From positions 1 through 47,753 of the forward strand of contig JAUCBJ010002948.1 of the NCBI GenBank assembly GCA_032718475.1: a stretch of DNA of 47,753 nucleotides, written 5' to 3'. The stretch is from Nemertoderma westbladi. Taxonomy: Eukaryota; Animalia; Xenacoelomorpha. The position numbers and the translations under genes were made by a program. Positions 33,331 through 45,057 of the stretch are shown here, piece by piece (the stretch's first letter is position 1; each line of letters begins with the position of its first letter). Below the pieces are notes generated by a model. It was not told the DNA's origin and did no database searches. It saw nothing but the letters and a program-made list of their open reading frames with translations.

Positions 33331-34631
33331 AGACATTTATTAATAATATAATAATAAAAATACACTCTTTTATTAATCAATAAGCATTGAAAATTATAAA
33401 TTAAATAAATGGGAGAACATAACCCAGGTTACGAGAACACTTACGGGCAACAATTGCACTTAAAAATTACGTAAAAAGGAAAACCAAAACATATCCTGAT
33501 TATGAACACATTGTGACATATAGTTATACAAATGTAATTTAGTACAGTAGTTAATTAAACTTAATTAATGTAAATAATAGTCTAAAAATCTATTAAATTA
33601 TCAGTAAGGTAAAGAAAGATCTTTAACTGTTCTTAAAAACATTATCATTGACTACCATGACGACTTGCGACTTCTGACGGTATTTCGTTCCCCAACTACA
33701 CACGATTTGAAATAGAATACTGCTTATCTCCAGTCTGGAAAACGTTTAAAAGGTTTATAAGAGTGCCGCCCTCTATTGCACCACACCGTATTAGCAAACG
33801 TAAAAAAATTGGTTAATCAACAAGTTGATGAAAAATATTGTAAGTCAATATTTGTACCGAAGTCAAAAAGGTGAGCTACAGTATTCTAGAATATGGTGCA
33901 CACGTAGGACTTATAGGCAGTAAGAATTGCGTTTAAATTACCAGTATGAAGGGGGAAACATATAAATATTATATTAACTATTTTGTATCCCTCTTTACCT
34001 GCTCCAGAAAATACAAATTAAACTTTAAATCACAACATATAGTTACACTAAGATCCCTACACGATGTATCATGCCTCAATTTTGTACCATCGAGATGATA
34101 TTCATTACGGGAATTCCAATCTATTCTGCCTGTACTGTTGATATGAAGCACCGAATATTTTTCTGCGCTGCAATTTTAATCTGCCACAGCTGAGTCCATG
34201 AAGAGTTACAGTACAATTTCACGTCGTCTGCAAAGAATTATTTACAACTGATATAATTACTACTTAGTACTTCCGGCAACTCGTTAACATAAAGTAAAAA
34301 CAATAACGGACCCAAAACACTACCTTGTACAGTACCAGATATAACATTAGTTGACAACTAATACCGTAACTTAAAAGTTTACAAATTAACTTTGAATGAA
34401 CTACAGAATCGAATGCCTTTGCACAGTCAACATATATTTTAATATTATATCTTACTTCCTTACGATCATCTAATAATTTGAACCAATTATTGGTGCACTC
34501 GAACAGTTGTGTACATGTGCTACACACAAAACCACGATGCGCCCTACTTATTATATTATTTGCACGCAGATAATCTAAGATTTAATTCTTAATGCAGAAC
34601 TCCATAATTTTACAACTGGCACACGTAAGGG

Positions 34632-35256
34632 AGACAGGCCTATATATATAGACAGGTCTATATATATAGACAGGCCTATATATATAGACAGGTCTATATA
34701 TATAGACAGGCCTATATATATAGACAGGCCTATATATATAGACAGGTCTATATATATAGACAGGCCTATATATATAGACAGGTCTATATATATAGACAGG
34801 CCTATATATATAGACAGGCCTATATATATAGACAGGTCTATATATATAGACAGGCCTATATATATAGACAGGTCTATATATATAGACAGGCCTATATATA
34901 TAGACAGGCCTATATATATAGACAGGTCTATATATATAGACAGGCCTATATATATAGACAGGTCTATATATATAGACAGGCCTATATATATAGACAGGCC
35001 TATATATATAGACAGGTCTATATATATAGACAGGCCTATATATATAGACAGGCCTATATATATAGACAGGTCTATATATATAGACCTGTCTATATATATA
35101 GACAGGCCTATATATATAGACAGGCCTATATATATAGACAGGTCTATATATATAGGCCTGTCTATATATATAGGCCTGTCTATATATATAGGCCTGTCTA
35201 TATATATAGACCTGTCTATATATATAGACAGGCCTATATATATAGACAGGTCTATA
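34632..35256. repeat. 18-bp repeat (tatatatatagacaggcc)n, ~35 copies
   Basis: Tandem array with some internally inverted units; reads (YIYRPV)n in the CR1 RT frame. Confidence 0.97.
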
Positions 35257-35692
35257 ATTATAGGGATTTAGTATGATCATCTTTTTTTTAACAACGGTAT
35301 AATTAAGACAGTGCGCCATATTGTAGGCAAAGCTCTTGCACAGAAAGATACATTAAAAACAATTGGTATTGGAATAGATAAGCACCTTGGAAGTTTAGCA
35401 AAAATATAACTGGGTACTCCATCTGGAGTTCTACTCAATTTCCCATCTATAGTTGGATAAGCACTCAATAATTAGCATCTGGAGTAAAATCAATAGAACA
35501 TTTATTAACATTTTACTGAACTTTTCTGGGTAAATAAGGAACTGTTATTATCTCGTATAAAATATGTTTGCTTGCTCTCGTGATATCATCGATAATAATT
35601 TTACTATTAATCTTAAGAGCGGATATGCCAGATTTAACTTTCCGCTTCTAGTTTACATAATATTTAAACATGGCCCTCGGAACTGTCTGAGG

Positions 35693-35724
35693 CAAGGCAA
35701 CCTTTACTAGTAAAGGTCGCCTTG
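35693..35724. mobile_element. 32-bp palindrome with 8-bp flanking direct repeat, putative P-element excision footprint
   Basis: gtctgagg|caaggcaacctttact-agtaaaggtcgccttg|gtctcagg; arms 15/16, flanks 7/8. Confidence 0.55.
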
Positions 35725-35803
35725 GTCTCAGGACAGAAGTTTATTTTCTCGAATGCATGCAGCCCAATGTATAGCCTTCTTTACAGCCTTAGCGCTTATC
35801 TAC

Positions 35804-38131
35804 TGTTATGGGCCACTAATGTGTTATTATGTTATCTATTTATGTAAGTAATTATCCATCTTATAGTTAAAGGTTTTAGTTGTGTTGTTCAGCTGGTGAT
35901 TGGGAGAGCGCCATTTGATTTAAGTATTGGTGTTGGGGGCGGACAAAGTAAAGTATCTATTATCTATTAACTTATTAACTTAGGAGCCCGCTTGACAGCG
36001 GGATACTTACTGTAAGAATCTCAGGGATACTTTCTGTAAAAATCTCAGGATACATTACACTGACTGACTGACTGACTGACATACTGACTGATAATTATCT
36101 AGGTTAAGGCACTTCCTGCCTGGCGATTTTGATGAAATTTTGCAAGTACATTGCTTTGGTGGTTCATAATCGCGTTACAAAATTTCAGATCGATTCTATG
36201 TGTGGTATTCGATATATTTAGTTTTTTGACATTGTTTTGTCGCGAAATTAAAAGCAATGGTAAAATAACAGCTGGTGTTCATGATGAAATATGGCTTAAT
36301 ATGTTATACACAGTCATAGAAAAACGTGTTGGTTGCCAAGTTTTACTAGTAGGCTATAAGGAAAGGCAATGTTTACTCACACATAAGCTGTTGGTTTCTA
36401 ATGTATTACCCCATAAGCTGATTGCTCTCCCAGTGCTTCCTAAGGGTATATCTACAATAAGGTTACTCACTCTGCTATGTTAGGGGGTGGATCAGGAGAA
36501 TGAATTTTAGTTACACAAAGCAGTGTGTTGTGTCCTATTGCAGTCGATACTCACTGTGGATTGCAAAATGTTTTATAGTTGACCTACACTATAATACAGT
36601 AGTTGCATGTATTTAAGGAGCCCGCTCTGGCCTACCGCCTAAGGAGTACCTATATTACATATTCACATAGAATTCACTGGGAAGAGATATTCCGCTTGAC
36701 GACGGGGTAATACCTATAGAAGGAAACTAAATTTGTTATTTGGCTCTATTCGTTGTTATTTATCTGGTTGTGCATCATGGGCATTTTTTATAAATATTCG
36801 GTAATCGCATCTTATATCTTGTAAACGTTCTTGATAATGAAATTATTTGCTTCATATTATATTTTTGTTAGTGGTAGCTAAGTTGCATTTTTTATTACGT
36901 GGGGCGAGCCACAAAGTGAGCTAGCCTCACGCCTTGCAGTTTAGACAATTTTAGTTTCCTTACTGCTCACTGACATAGTTCTTTGTAATAGTCTCGGCTA
37001 GGATTTTTCCCCCGGGCTCCTTCCAGCCAGCTTGCTGGCTTTCTAGTCTATTAAAGTAAAGTAAAATACCACTTCGTAGAAGGTATTTCAATGAATTACA
37101 TCGCTTGCATCAAAAAGATCTTCTAAGATAAAATCCTTAGCTCGATTACACGGCTGGTGGTCTTCAAACTGTGAAACCCAGAGCGCCAGGCCGCAAATAT
37201 TTTGTGACTGACAATTGACCAGCAACGTTTGGGAGCGGGTACATGTGGATTATTTCTCGTCCAATGGTCAGGACCACTTACTTCTAATAGGTATGGGAGC
37301 AAGTGGATCGAAGTAGAGACGATGGCGTCAACCACATCTAAGGCCACTTTATTGAAATTATTTCAATGGATTTAGTAGATTTGGTTTCCTTTTACGGTTA
37401 CATCCTTATTGCGGGACACAATTTACAACCAAAGAGTTTAAAGACAAACTTGCGGAATGGGGTATCGAATACACAGTAAGTCCCGCTGCTTATCACCCCC
37501 AATCCAATGGATTAGCAGAGAGGGCCGTCCGGACGGTCAAAGAATCAATATTAAAAAACGGTGTTACGAAATTAAGATAAATATTGTTCCGGTACCGCGC
37601 GACACCTTTAGAAGGCGGGAAATCTCCCGCAGAACTGTTAATGGGCTGGTCATTATTAAGACGATTAACACTAAAACGCACACCTGAAGTCAGGCAAGGG
37701 ACGAAGTACAAGCATGGAGATACAGTTTGGGTGCGCAATATCGGTCAAGGGCGGCGAACACCAAAATGGCTGAAAGGGTTACTTATCCGTATGGATAACG
37801 TAATGGTAAACGTCGATGGATCCAGCGTCCGTCGCCACGTCAACCAAACGCGGAAGCGCAACAATTAGTACATAGATAACTTTTTATTTTATGGAAAAAA
37901 TTCAGACAAATGTTATGGGCCACTAATGTGTTATTGTGTTATCTATTTCTATTTATGTAAGTAATTATCCATCTTATAGTTAAAGGTTTTAGTTGTGTTG
38001 TTCAGCTGGTGATTGGGAGAGCGCTATTTCATTAAGTATTGGTGTTGGAGGCGGACAAAGTATCTTATTATTTGGTTAATAAAGATATAATTTTGTAACC
38101 TTTATTAGTTGTTAATTTCCCCTGTAGAACA
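35804..38131 (+). mobile_element. Deleted Gypsy/Ty3-type LTR retrotransposon; LTRs 35804..~35960 (truncated) and 37911..38131; TSD TCTAC
   Basis: TGTTATGGGCC... shared by both LTRs; right LTR ends ...GAACA; TCTAC at 35799..35803 and 38132..38136. Integrase remnant ~37080..37868 (SKWIEV, YHPQSNGLAERAVRTVK, YRATP..GKSPAELLMG) with stops and frameshifts. Confidence 0.9.
35979..36652 (+). mobile_element. Second family of DINE-1/HINE-like element inserted at the left LTR
   Basis: 5' ttaggagcccgcttgacagcggg hairpin, (ctga)n microsatellite, gattttgatgaaattttgc core; ggagcccgct recurs near the 3' end followed by cctaa. Confidence 0.45.
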
Positions 38132-38668
38132 TCTACAAACATCTGTGTGACGTCTCAGCCACAGTAATTTCTTCTTTCTATGCAAATCCGTAACAAGAAT
38201 CGGATGTGACCTTGTTTTTACTAAAAATTGTAAAAGGCACAAACTGATCTTTGGCAGTTTTTAAATCCCAATAATTATCTACATTTACACAGTCTTTGAA
38301 TATATCAACCCAATTTTGGTTCTGAATAAAAATAGAAAAACCGAGAAAATTAACTTTTTTAAAATCATAGAAACCTGTATTTCCATTTTTAGAACTGAAA
38401 ATGTGTTAGGTGCTAAAATACTGAAGAAAACACTATCCTGATCGCTTGTACAAAAGGTCGTGCTTGTTTTTAAAATAAAGATACAAAAAAGTACTTTGAT
38501 GTAAATACTAAATCAAGTACATGACCCAAACGAGTAGGCTTTAGTTTAAATCGCGACCGACCTTTCTCAAATCTCCTTGCTCTTTTCAAACATTACTACC
38601 CTTGCGTCTATACGACCTGACCTAACCAACACAAACGGCCCTTTTCAGGGCCAACATATGAAATAAAC

Positions 38669-39917
38669 CAGGGACGGATTATGGATTTTCTGGCCCCCCG
38701 GCAGTCGCAACTTACGGGCCCCTAACCCACCAATCCCCCCCCCCCCCCACCCCCCACGAAAACCAATTGCAAAAAATTTTGGACCCCGTTGGTAAAAAGT
38801 AATTATTATTTTTTCCCAAAAAGTTACACCAAAAGACATCAATCAATTGTATATTTAGGTACGACTGACATTCTGACAGATTCTGAGAAATAATGTGTGA
38901 CTTTGATTGATTGTGATATAATTTTGAAAATAATCGGCAAATCAATGAATTAGATACAAAAATTACTTAAAAAACGCATTTTGCCATCCTTTGTGACTAC
39001 TGAACTCGTGAATGATTTCAGATAAATCTAATTGAAAAGAAAATGTTAATAATTGTAATACAGTAATAAATTACTATTCATTCAAATCCAAATTTTTGCT
39101 AACGTTTTCCTTTAAACATTAGACTTTAAACATTTTTTTAAACACTTTAAACAGTATTTTAAACATTTTATGGGATATTGTGTATATCTCGGCGCGGCTT
39201 TAAGTAATTTAATTATGCAAAAAGAAAGAAACAAAATAAAATTTACTTCCGAAGAATCAGCGCAGTGATTAAAATAATTAAAATATTATTAACAATACAA
39301 TAATGATTACGATACTACTGTATTATGAGCACTTAATACACTCATAATTAACGCACCAATCCAATGCAATATTATTGTTAAAATTGGATGGAAAGCCCTT
39401 TCGCTCAGCACATTGACCTCCTTCACTTGGCAACCACAGACAGCTACGCCGCTAGCCAGACAGCCAATATAATCAACTCGCCTTCACCCTATTGGTTGCC
39501 TGGCTAGCGGCATACAGTAGTAGCTGCGAGTCCAGTCTGGGTAGCCGAATCGAGGTAACATAGTAAATGCAACTCCTTGCTTATCCAACTACTGGTTCAC
39601 TCTCAAGTTAAATAATTACATGTTCTGGAATGAATATTTACAACATTGGCTTTTGCTATCCGTTGCCTACCATTTAAGGGCCCTTCTATTTTATTTCAAT
39701 GGCATTCTCTAAACGTATCTGTCTATCAATGGTGCTATATGTGAGATATAAATATTTATTGAACAGCCAGAAAGAAATAAATAAATTAGGTTGTTTTATC
39801 AGTCTGTCAGTGAGATAATGTGCTGTAAATTTCTCTCAACTTGCGGGCCCCTTCCAACTTACGGGCCCCCGGCAGCTGCCCCTGTTGCCCCCCCCCCCCC
39901 CCCTTAATCCGTCCCTG
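38669..39917. mobile_element. Non-autonomous hAT-type DNA transposon, 1249 bp
   Basis: Perfect 13-bp TIR CAGGGACGGATTA/TAATCCGTCCCTG, perfect 8-bp TSD AAATAAAC, repeated caactt(a/g)cgggcccc subterminal motifs, no transposase ORF. Confidence 0.92.
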
Positions 39918-40990
39918 AAATAAACAACCGTATCGCAACAGCGTATTAGCTTGTAATATATTATAGATTACATTAAAATAAAATACATTCCCTTCAAAGA
40001 ACTTAATAAATAATACCCACGCAATCCTAAAGGTGGCGCACAATACTGCTATACCGGTACCATTATTTATCTGATTTCAGGCTTGTTCGGATAGCAGATA
40101 GTGCCGTTCAAATGTCAAAGGTGCTACTACTACTACCACAGTAGGCCCTACTAAATACCCCGAACCGCGGCTGTCCGGTAGGCCTATTCTAGTATTCAGT
40201 TGACAGGTTGAGGTTGAGGTTTTCTATTTTAAAGCTAATAAATAAATTATTAAATGGTACCGGTAGGGCCTATATTCTATGTCATATAGGTACAATTCAA
40301 TGATTACTGGAATAGTTAAAGGAGTTCAACATTGTAATTATTATATAGGCCTACCGGGTAATCAATAAAATAGAAATATAGGGCTGTAGGGCCTACATTG
40401 CTGCATTGGTACAAACTGACAAAGACTGCTAAAAAATGAAAAATAGTTACATACAACATGTGTGTGTATGCTTTGAATGCTGGAATGCTTTGATTTGAGG
40501 ATAGCCTCATGAGGTTAAACCTCGTTTCCATGAGGTTCCTCGAATTTTCTACTGTCAGAAGACTGTATTATAAAGTAGGCCTATATTAAGCTAGTGTTAA
40601 TACAGTAATAGTAGTTATTATAGATTAAAAAGAAAGAAAACAAATTACTGGTAATTAAAATAGAATTGTATCATTATTACTGTATTAGTTCGGGGACAAC
40701 CACTGATAATAATAAGTTCAAAATATATAGGCCTATTATATAATATACATATACATACATACATGTATATTCACCAGGTCATTATAATAACATACAGACA
40801 TAACATTTATTTACATTATTTCCATAGGTATCATTTTTTAGCAATTTTAATGACTTTAACCCCTTGCCATAACAGTATGTTTATTTTCCAGCGGTCCTAC
40901 TAAAAACCGCAATTTACCGCAATTTACCGCAACTTACCGCAATTTACCGCAACTTACCGCAATTTACCGCAACTAGTTGTTATTTTCAAG

Positions 40991-41075
40991 CAGCTGCATG
41001 GTCCAGTGTGCAGTGGCGAAATTCTGAAATTCCTGGGCTTCCAATTAGGAGGCCCCGGTTCGATCCCTTGCTGCC
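40991..41075 (+). pseudogene. tRNA-Gly-derived sequence in the left arm
   Basis: A-box-like tggtccagtg, cttcca, ggaggcccc, B-box ggttcgatcc; interrupted by extra bases, no intact cloverleaf. Confidence 0.55.
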
Positions 41076-41119
41076 TTGACAGTGCAGCACTGTTTTCTGT
41101 TTGTGCAGTGTTTTAAAAA

Positions 41120-41280
41120 CGGTCCTACGAATTACCCCTACCCCGAAATACTTGTTTTTCACTCTCGTTTATTGTTTTGGCTGTTTGGTTAGAAAAACTT
41201 GCCACTGTAACCTGCTCCTTTCCCTCACTGTTTCTAAACATTGTTGTCCTATTTTGGGGTAGGCCTAATTCGTAGGACCC
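41120..41280. mobile_element. Inner 160-bp TIR element sharing the GGTCCTAC terminus
   Basis: ggtcctacgaattacccctaccccgaaata ... tattttggggtaggcctaattcgtaggacc; no TSD visible. Confidence 0.7.
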
Positions 41281-41377
41281 TCTAACAGTCTAATGTTAAC
41301 ATATCTTGGTTTTATATTGATCATATTACAGCATTAATTATAAATTTTGTCGTTTTTAAAATACTGCAAAAACAGCG

Positions 41378-41452
41378 TTGCCTGGTCAAGGGATCGAACC
41401 AGGGCCTCCTACGTGGAAGCGCAAGGTTGTCACCACTAGACCATGATGCAGC
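41378..41452 (-). pseudogene. tRNA-Gly-derived sequence in the right arm
   Basis: Reverse complement gcatcatggtctagtggtgacaaccttgcgcttccacgtaggaggccctggttcgatccc has A box TGGTCTAGTGG and B box GGTTCGATCC; acceptor stem does not pair. Confidence 0.65.
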
Positions 41453-42103
41453 TTGAAAATGACAATTAGTTGCGGTAAATTGCGGTTAGTTGCGGTAAAT
41501 TGCGGTAAGTTGCGGTAAATTGCGGTAAATTGCGGTTAGTTGCGGTAAATTGCGGTTTTTAGTAGGACCCTTTTCCAGTAATAATATTTTAATAGTATTT
41601 TTAATTATTGATTTTTTTTTATTTTTATTTATTTACAACAATTTACTACAATACTACACAATACAAGACTGCAAGATATTAATGTGCAATTCATATGCAT
41701 TGATCTTTGAACGTGTAAATAGGTACCGGTAACTACTAACTATGGAAGAAAGTATTAATTTACTGTTTATTGCAGCTGCTGAGCTGGTATAATAGGCATT
41801 ATACTGCCTTCTGGTCCGCGGACCGAGGTACCCAAATTGCAGATTTTAGTTATGTAATATTAACACTGCATCGACATAATAGCTTTTTGTTTAATATAAT
41901 CATGTACAATTAAATACAGAAATATACTGTATATGTTCTTTGCCCACTATAGATAGACTGATAGATAGATGTTTAAATATTTATAAATTACAAGTGCTGG
42001 TTTAGTAGTTGATCCTCTAGTCTAGTACCTACCGACCCGACCTATAAATACCCCTAGTACTGTACCGATAAAAGAACACCATCTTTTTGTGGACTTGTTG
42101 TTA

Positions 42104-43456
42104 ATGACTTCGAGGATTCAACTGCGCCAACAGCTGGCTAGAGAGCAGGCCCTGCGAGAGGAATGGAACGAAGCAAGTCGAGGTGGTCATCAGTCTAGAG
42201 AGAGGGCTTACAGTGTACCGACCAGTTCCAGCACCACTAGTCTGCCTGGGTCGCTAGCCGGTATGGAACAGTCGAACCGCGGGAATCAGTTGCAGCAGGC
42301 AGACCATGTCACTAGCGGGTTGAGGCTGCTGAATCCGACTGAATTCCATCTACAGATGAGTCACGAGCGGCAACTGCGCGAGCTAATGAAAGCGACGAGT
42401 TCCAGGGAAGTGACGGCGTTGGCGCAGCTGTGCGGGCGTAGCGGCCCGATTACGTTGCGGGAGTTTCTAGCGACAGAGGCGGAAGGTTTCGTCGTGTCGC
42501 CTCCCAGCGGCGTCCAACGGAACCCGACCAGCCCCCATCCCGACCCGAACATGGACGAGATGTTTATGGGGATCGCTAGTCTCGACAGCCCCGGTGGGAA
42601 CACAGAGGACAGTCTCGATCTAATTGAACCGACATTGTCTACGACGCTGCCCCACGACAGTGTCGGACTGCTGCGAACGATAAACGAACCGCTGTCGGCC
42701 AGCTGTCCGGATTACAGTCCGACGCCGTTTAATAAAGACCGTCAGAAGAAGGACAACCACAACATGATAGAAAGACGTCGTCGTTACAACATAAACGACA
42801 GAATAAAGGAGTTGGGAGGCATGTTGCCGGGTAAACCCGAGGCCGAATCCAAGATGAACAAAGGGACCATCCTTAAATGGACCGTGGATTATATAAAACA
42901 GTTACAGCGGGATATTCAGAGGAACAAGGACTCGACAGAGGCGAATAAGTTGCTGCTCCTTCAGAATCAGCAGTTGCAGAATCAGTTACGGGACATGGAA
43001 TCGGCGTTTATGACTCGTGTGTGCGGAGGAGAGGGGGTCGACATCGAGGGTTTGAGTTTCCTTACTCCGCCGTACTCGCAATCGCTGCCAGTGATACAGG
43101 GGGAGATGCAACGAGTGCCCAGAACGCTGGTCTCATCACTGGAGGTGGGGTTATCCACCGACGACAATCCCCGGCTGGTGTCCCCCAACCACCCTGCAGC
43201 CTCACCCCACCTACTAACCACCTCACCCAACCCACTAACCACCTCACCCAACCCACTAAACGCGTTAAACATAAAGGAGGAAGGCCCAGGCCTCTGCCCA
43301 TCGTCTGACCGATCAGGAGCCCCTGAGCTCGACACATCCGACCGCTATTGGTCCGGAATGGACCATGACTTCCTGCTGGGGAGTCTTTCTCCCGTCACTA
43401 TGGATACGGGTCAGTTAGACTGCAACATGTACATGGATGAGAACGATCATTACTGA
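42104..43456 (+). CDS. MITF: MiT/TFE-family bHLH-zip transcription factor, single exon, 450 aa (ATG at 42104)
   Basis: [15 protein letters not shown] (Rag-binding N-terminus), [17 protein letters not shown] (14-3-3 site), [28 protein letters not shown]...NKGTILK..VDYI, then a leucine zipper. Confidence 0.95.
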   Translation: MTSRIQLRQQLAREQALREEWNEASRGGHQSRERAYSVPTSSSTTSLPGSLAGMEQSNRGNQLQQADHVTSGLRLLNPTEFHLQMSHERQLRELMKATSSREVTALAQLCGRSGPITLREFLATEAEGFVVSPPSGVQRNPTSPHPDPNMDEMFMGIASLDSPGGNTEDSLDLIEPTLSTTLPHDSVGLLRTINEPLSASCPDYSPTPFNKDRQKKDNHNMIERRRRYNINDRIKELGGMLPGKPEAESKMNKGTILKWTVDYIKQLQRDIQRNKDSTEANKLLLLQNQQLQNQLRDMESAFMTRVCGGEGVDIEGLSFLTPPYSQSLPVIQGEMQRVPRTLVSSLEVGLSTDDNPRLVSPNHPAASPHLLTTSPNPLTTSPNPLNALNIKEEGPGLCPSSDRSGAPELDTSDRYWSGMDHDFLLGSLSPVTMDTGQLDCNMYMDENDHY

Positions 43457-44007
43457 CGAGGCCTTTTGGTTGGAAATTGTTGCTCAATATTAATGTAATA
43501 CAGCTATTCAACTGGTTTGGGGTGCTCGCAAACATTGCTTAAGTTCTGAATTAATTAATTGCGCTAATAATACAAATACAGTAATTAGTTGAGGCAGTAA
43601 GTTTATATTATTATTATGTTTATTTCTATCTATGCTTATAGAAATAAGTTTATTTCATTCCGTAAGTGCTTTTATTCTATTGTTATTTTGTATATAAAGA
43701 TATCATTTATTTAGTTTACTTAGTTCGGTTTACCATAAATTAATTACTTTTTGCTTTTTTAATAAAGATAGCGGGAGGTTCTCCTATACTCTTAATGAGA
43801 TATTATTTTGTTTGTCGAAATATTTTTGAATATATTTTTTGGAGTACTGAGTTCTACTGAGTTCGTATATTTAAGTTCCTGTAATTATTTCTTTCTTAAA
43901 TAAGATGATCCGACTAATAATACAGTTAATTCTCTACTTGTCTCTTTTCAGTCAGCTATGTTTTCATTATATCTTATAAAAAAAATGCTTTAATTTAAAG
44001 TTATTTC

Positions 44008-44148
44008 TTTTTCTACTTCATCCCGTGTGCCGGTATTTTTCTACTTCATACCGTGTGCCGGTATTTTTCTACTTCATACCGTGTGCCGGTATTTTTCTAC
44101 TTCAGTCCGTGTGCCGGTATTTTTCTACTTCATACCGTGTACCGGTAT
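44008..44148. repeat. 28-bp tandem repeat, 5 copies
   Basis: Unit tttttctacttcataccgtgtgccggta. Confidence 0.93.
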
Positions 44149-44149
44149 T

Positions 44150-44623
44150 ATATCGTGACCATAGACCAGAACAAACACAGCAAATAGTATCGTTTCGATA
44201 AAAAAAAAACTACCCCATTTGCATTTGCCTCATTTGCCCCATTCTCCTAATTTTTTGCAGAGGGGTCAGGGAAGATGCAATAATTAATTATAAAAAAATA
44301 AGAACTGGTTATCAGAATATGAAGAAACTGCTTTTGGTAATTTATCAGAGGCAGAACAACACATGAAGTTACTTCGTGACATTACTCCGGGATATATGGA
44401 ACAAACCACACCATTTCCATGACTTGGTGCGTTGTTTTACCTCTCATATGTTACAACTTTAATGTTGTGTGGGTAGTTCTGTACTCATATATATATCTCA
44501 ATATCTTCTGTTATTATAATTGAACAATATACGGTTTTCGGATTTTAACATATGATGTATAACTCCCATCTGGCATCTTTTTGATGAAAAGAATGGGTTG
44601 CTGTGGATCTATGGTCACGATAT
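44150..44623. mobile_element. MITE with 16-bp terminal inverted repeats
   Basis: atatcgtgaccataga ... tctatggtcacgatat, plus cacagcaa/ttgctgtg inside; TA/AT at the boundaries, so the superfamily is ambiguous. Confidence 0.7.
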
Positions 44624-45057
44624 TTAGATTTTCTCGTTTTCTTTGCTAGAAATGCGTATTTTCCTCTGTTGAATTTTTTACAGATTCAAAGGTTTTCAAT
44701 CACCTTTATTTCTATGTTAATTAATTTATGTTTATTGTTTCTTCTGAGAATCAAGATATTTGCAGTAATTCAGACTTAGCCATTTCATCTTAACTTTCAA
44801 ACAAATTCGAATACCTTTAATTCCTTTTTCTCATATGTCTAAGCCGCCATGGCCTGTAGATCCAGTAAATATTGGTGATCATTTGTACCGGCAGTGTTTA
44901 ACTATAATATTATTACAACTTTCAGTTTGATAAAGTCTCTGTGTATTGAATGTTCTTTGCAATTCCTGTCCCTTTTAAGATAAAGTCTTAGGTGGGTTCG
45001 ACACGAAACAAAAAATTTCAATATTTTGAAACCATCTCATTAGATTCAAAATTCGAT

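Larger units (their letters stand above)
33360..38640 (-). mobile_element. Decayed CR1-group LINE split by an 18-bp expansion and an LTR insertion
   Basis: Minus-strand motifs in order: SDQ (APE end, ~38440), RKKKLLW (~38170), PDGVP...PTIW...IIPLLKK, NYRPV/SLT, YVDCAKAFDSVVH, FADDVKLY (34211..34234), ILEYCS (~33880). Confidence 0.8.
40892..41570. mobile_element. 679-bp TIR element (possibly Merlin-like) with 8-bp TSD, 10-bp subterminal repeats and tRNA-derived arms
   Basis: TTTTCCAG|cggtcctactaaaaaccgc(aatttaccgc)n ... (gcggtaaatt)n gcggtttttagtaggaccc|TTTTCCAG; ~230-bp imperfect arms. Confidence 0.9.

Noticed and set aside
34582-35319. 245-aa (YIYRPV)n protein
   Set aside because: Repeat expansion in a dead CR1 RT with stops and frameshifts on both sides.
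41378-41452. Functional tRNA-Gly gene
   Set aside because: Acceptor stem unpaired and anticodon arm irregular; lies within a TIR.
42089-42103. GTG start for MITF from the ORF track
   Set aside because: Eukaryotic gene; ATG 42104 gives the conserved MTSRI start.
43952-43993. Strong acceptor followed by SAM... as the next cortactin exon
   Set aside because: Only two residues match the expected SAVG; it stops after 13 codons with no repeat motif.
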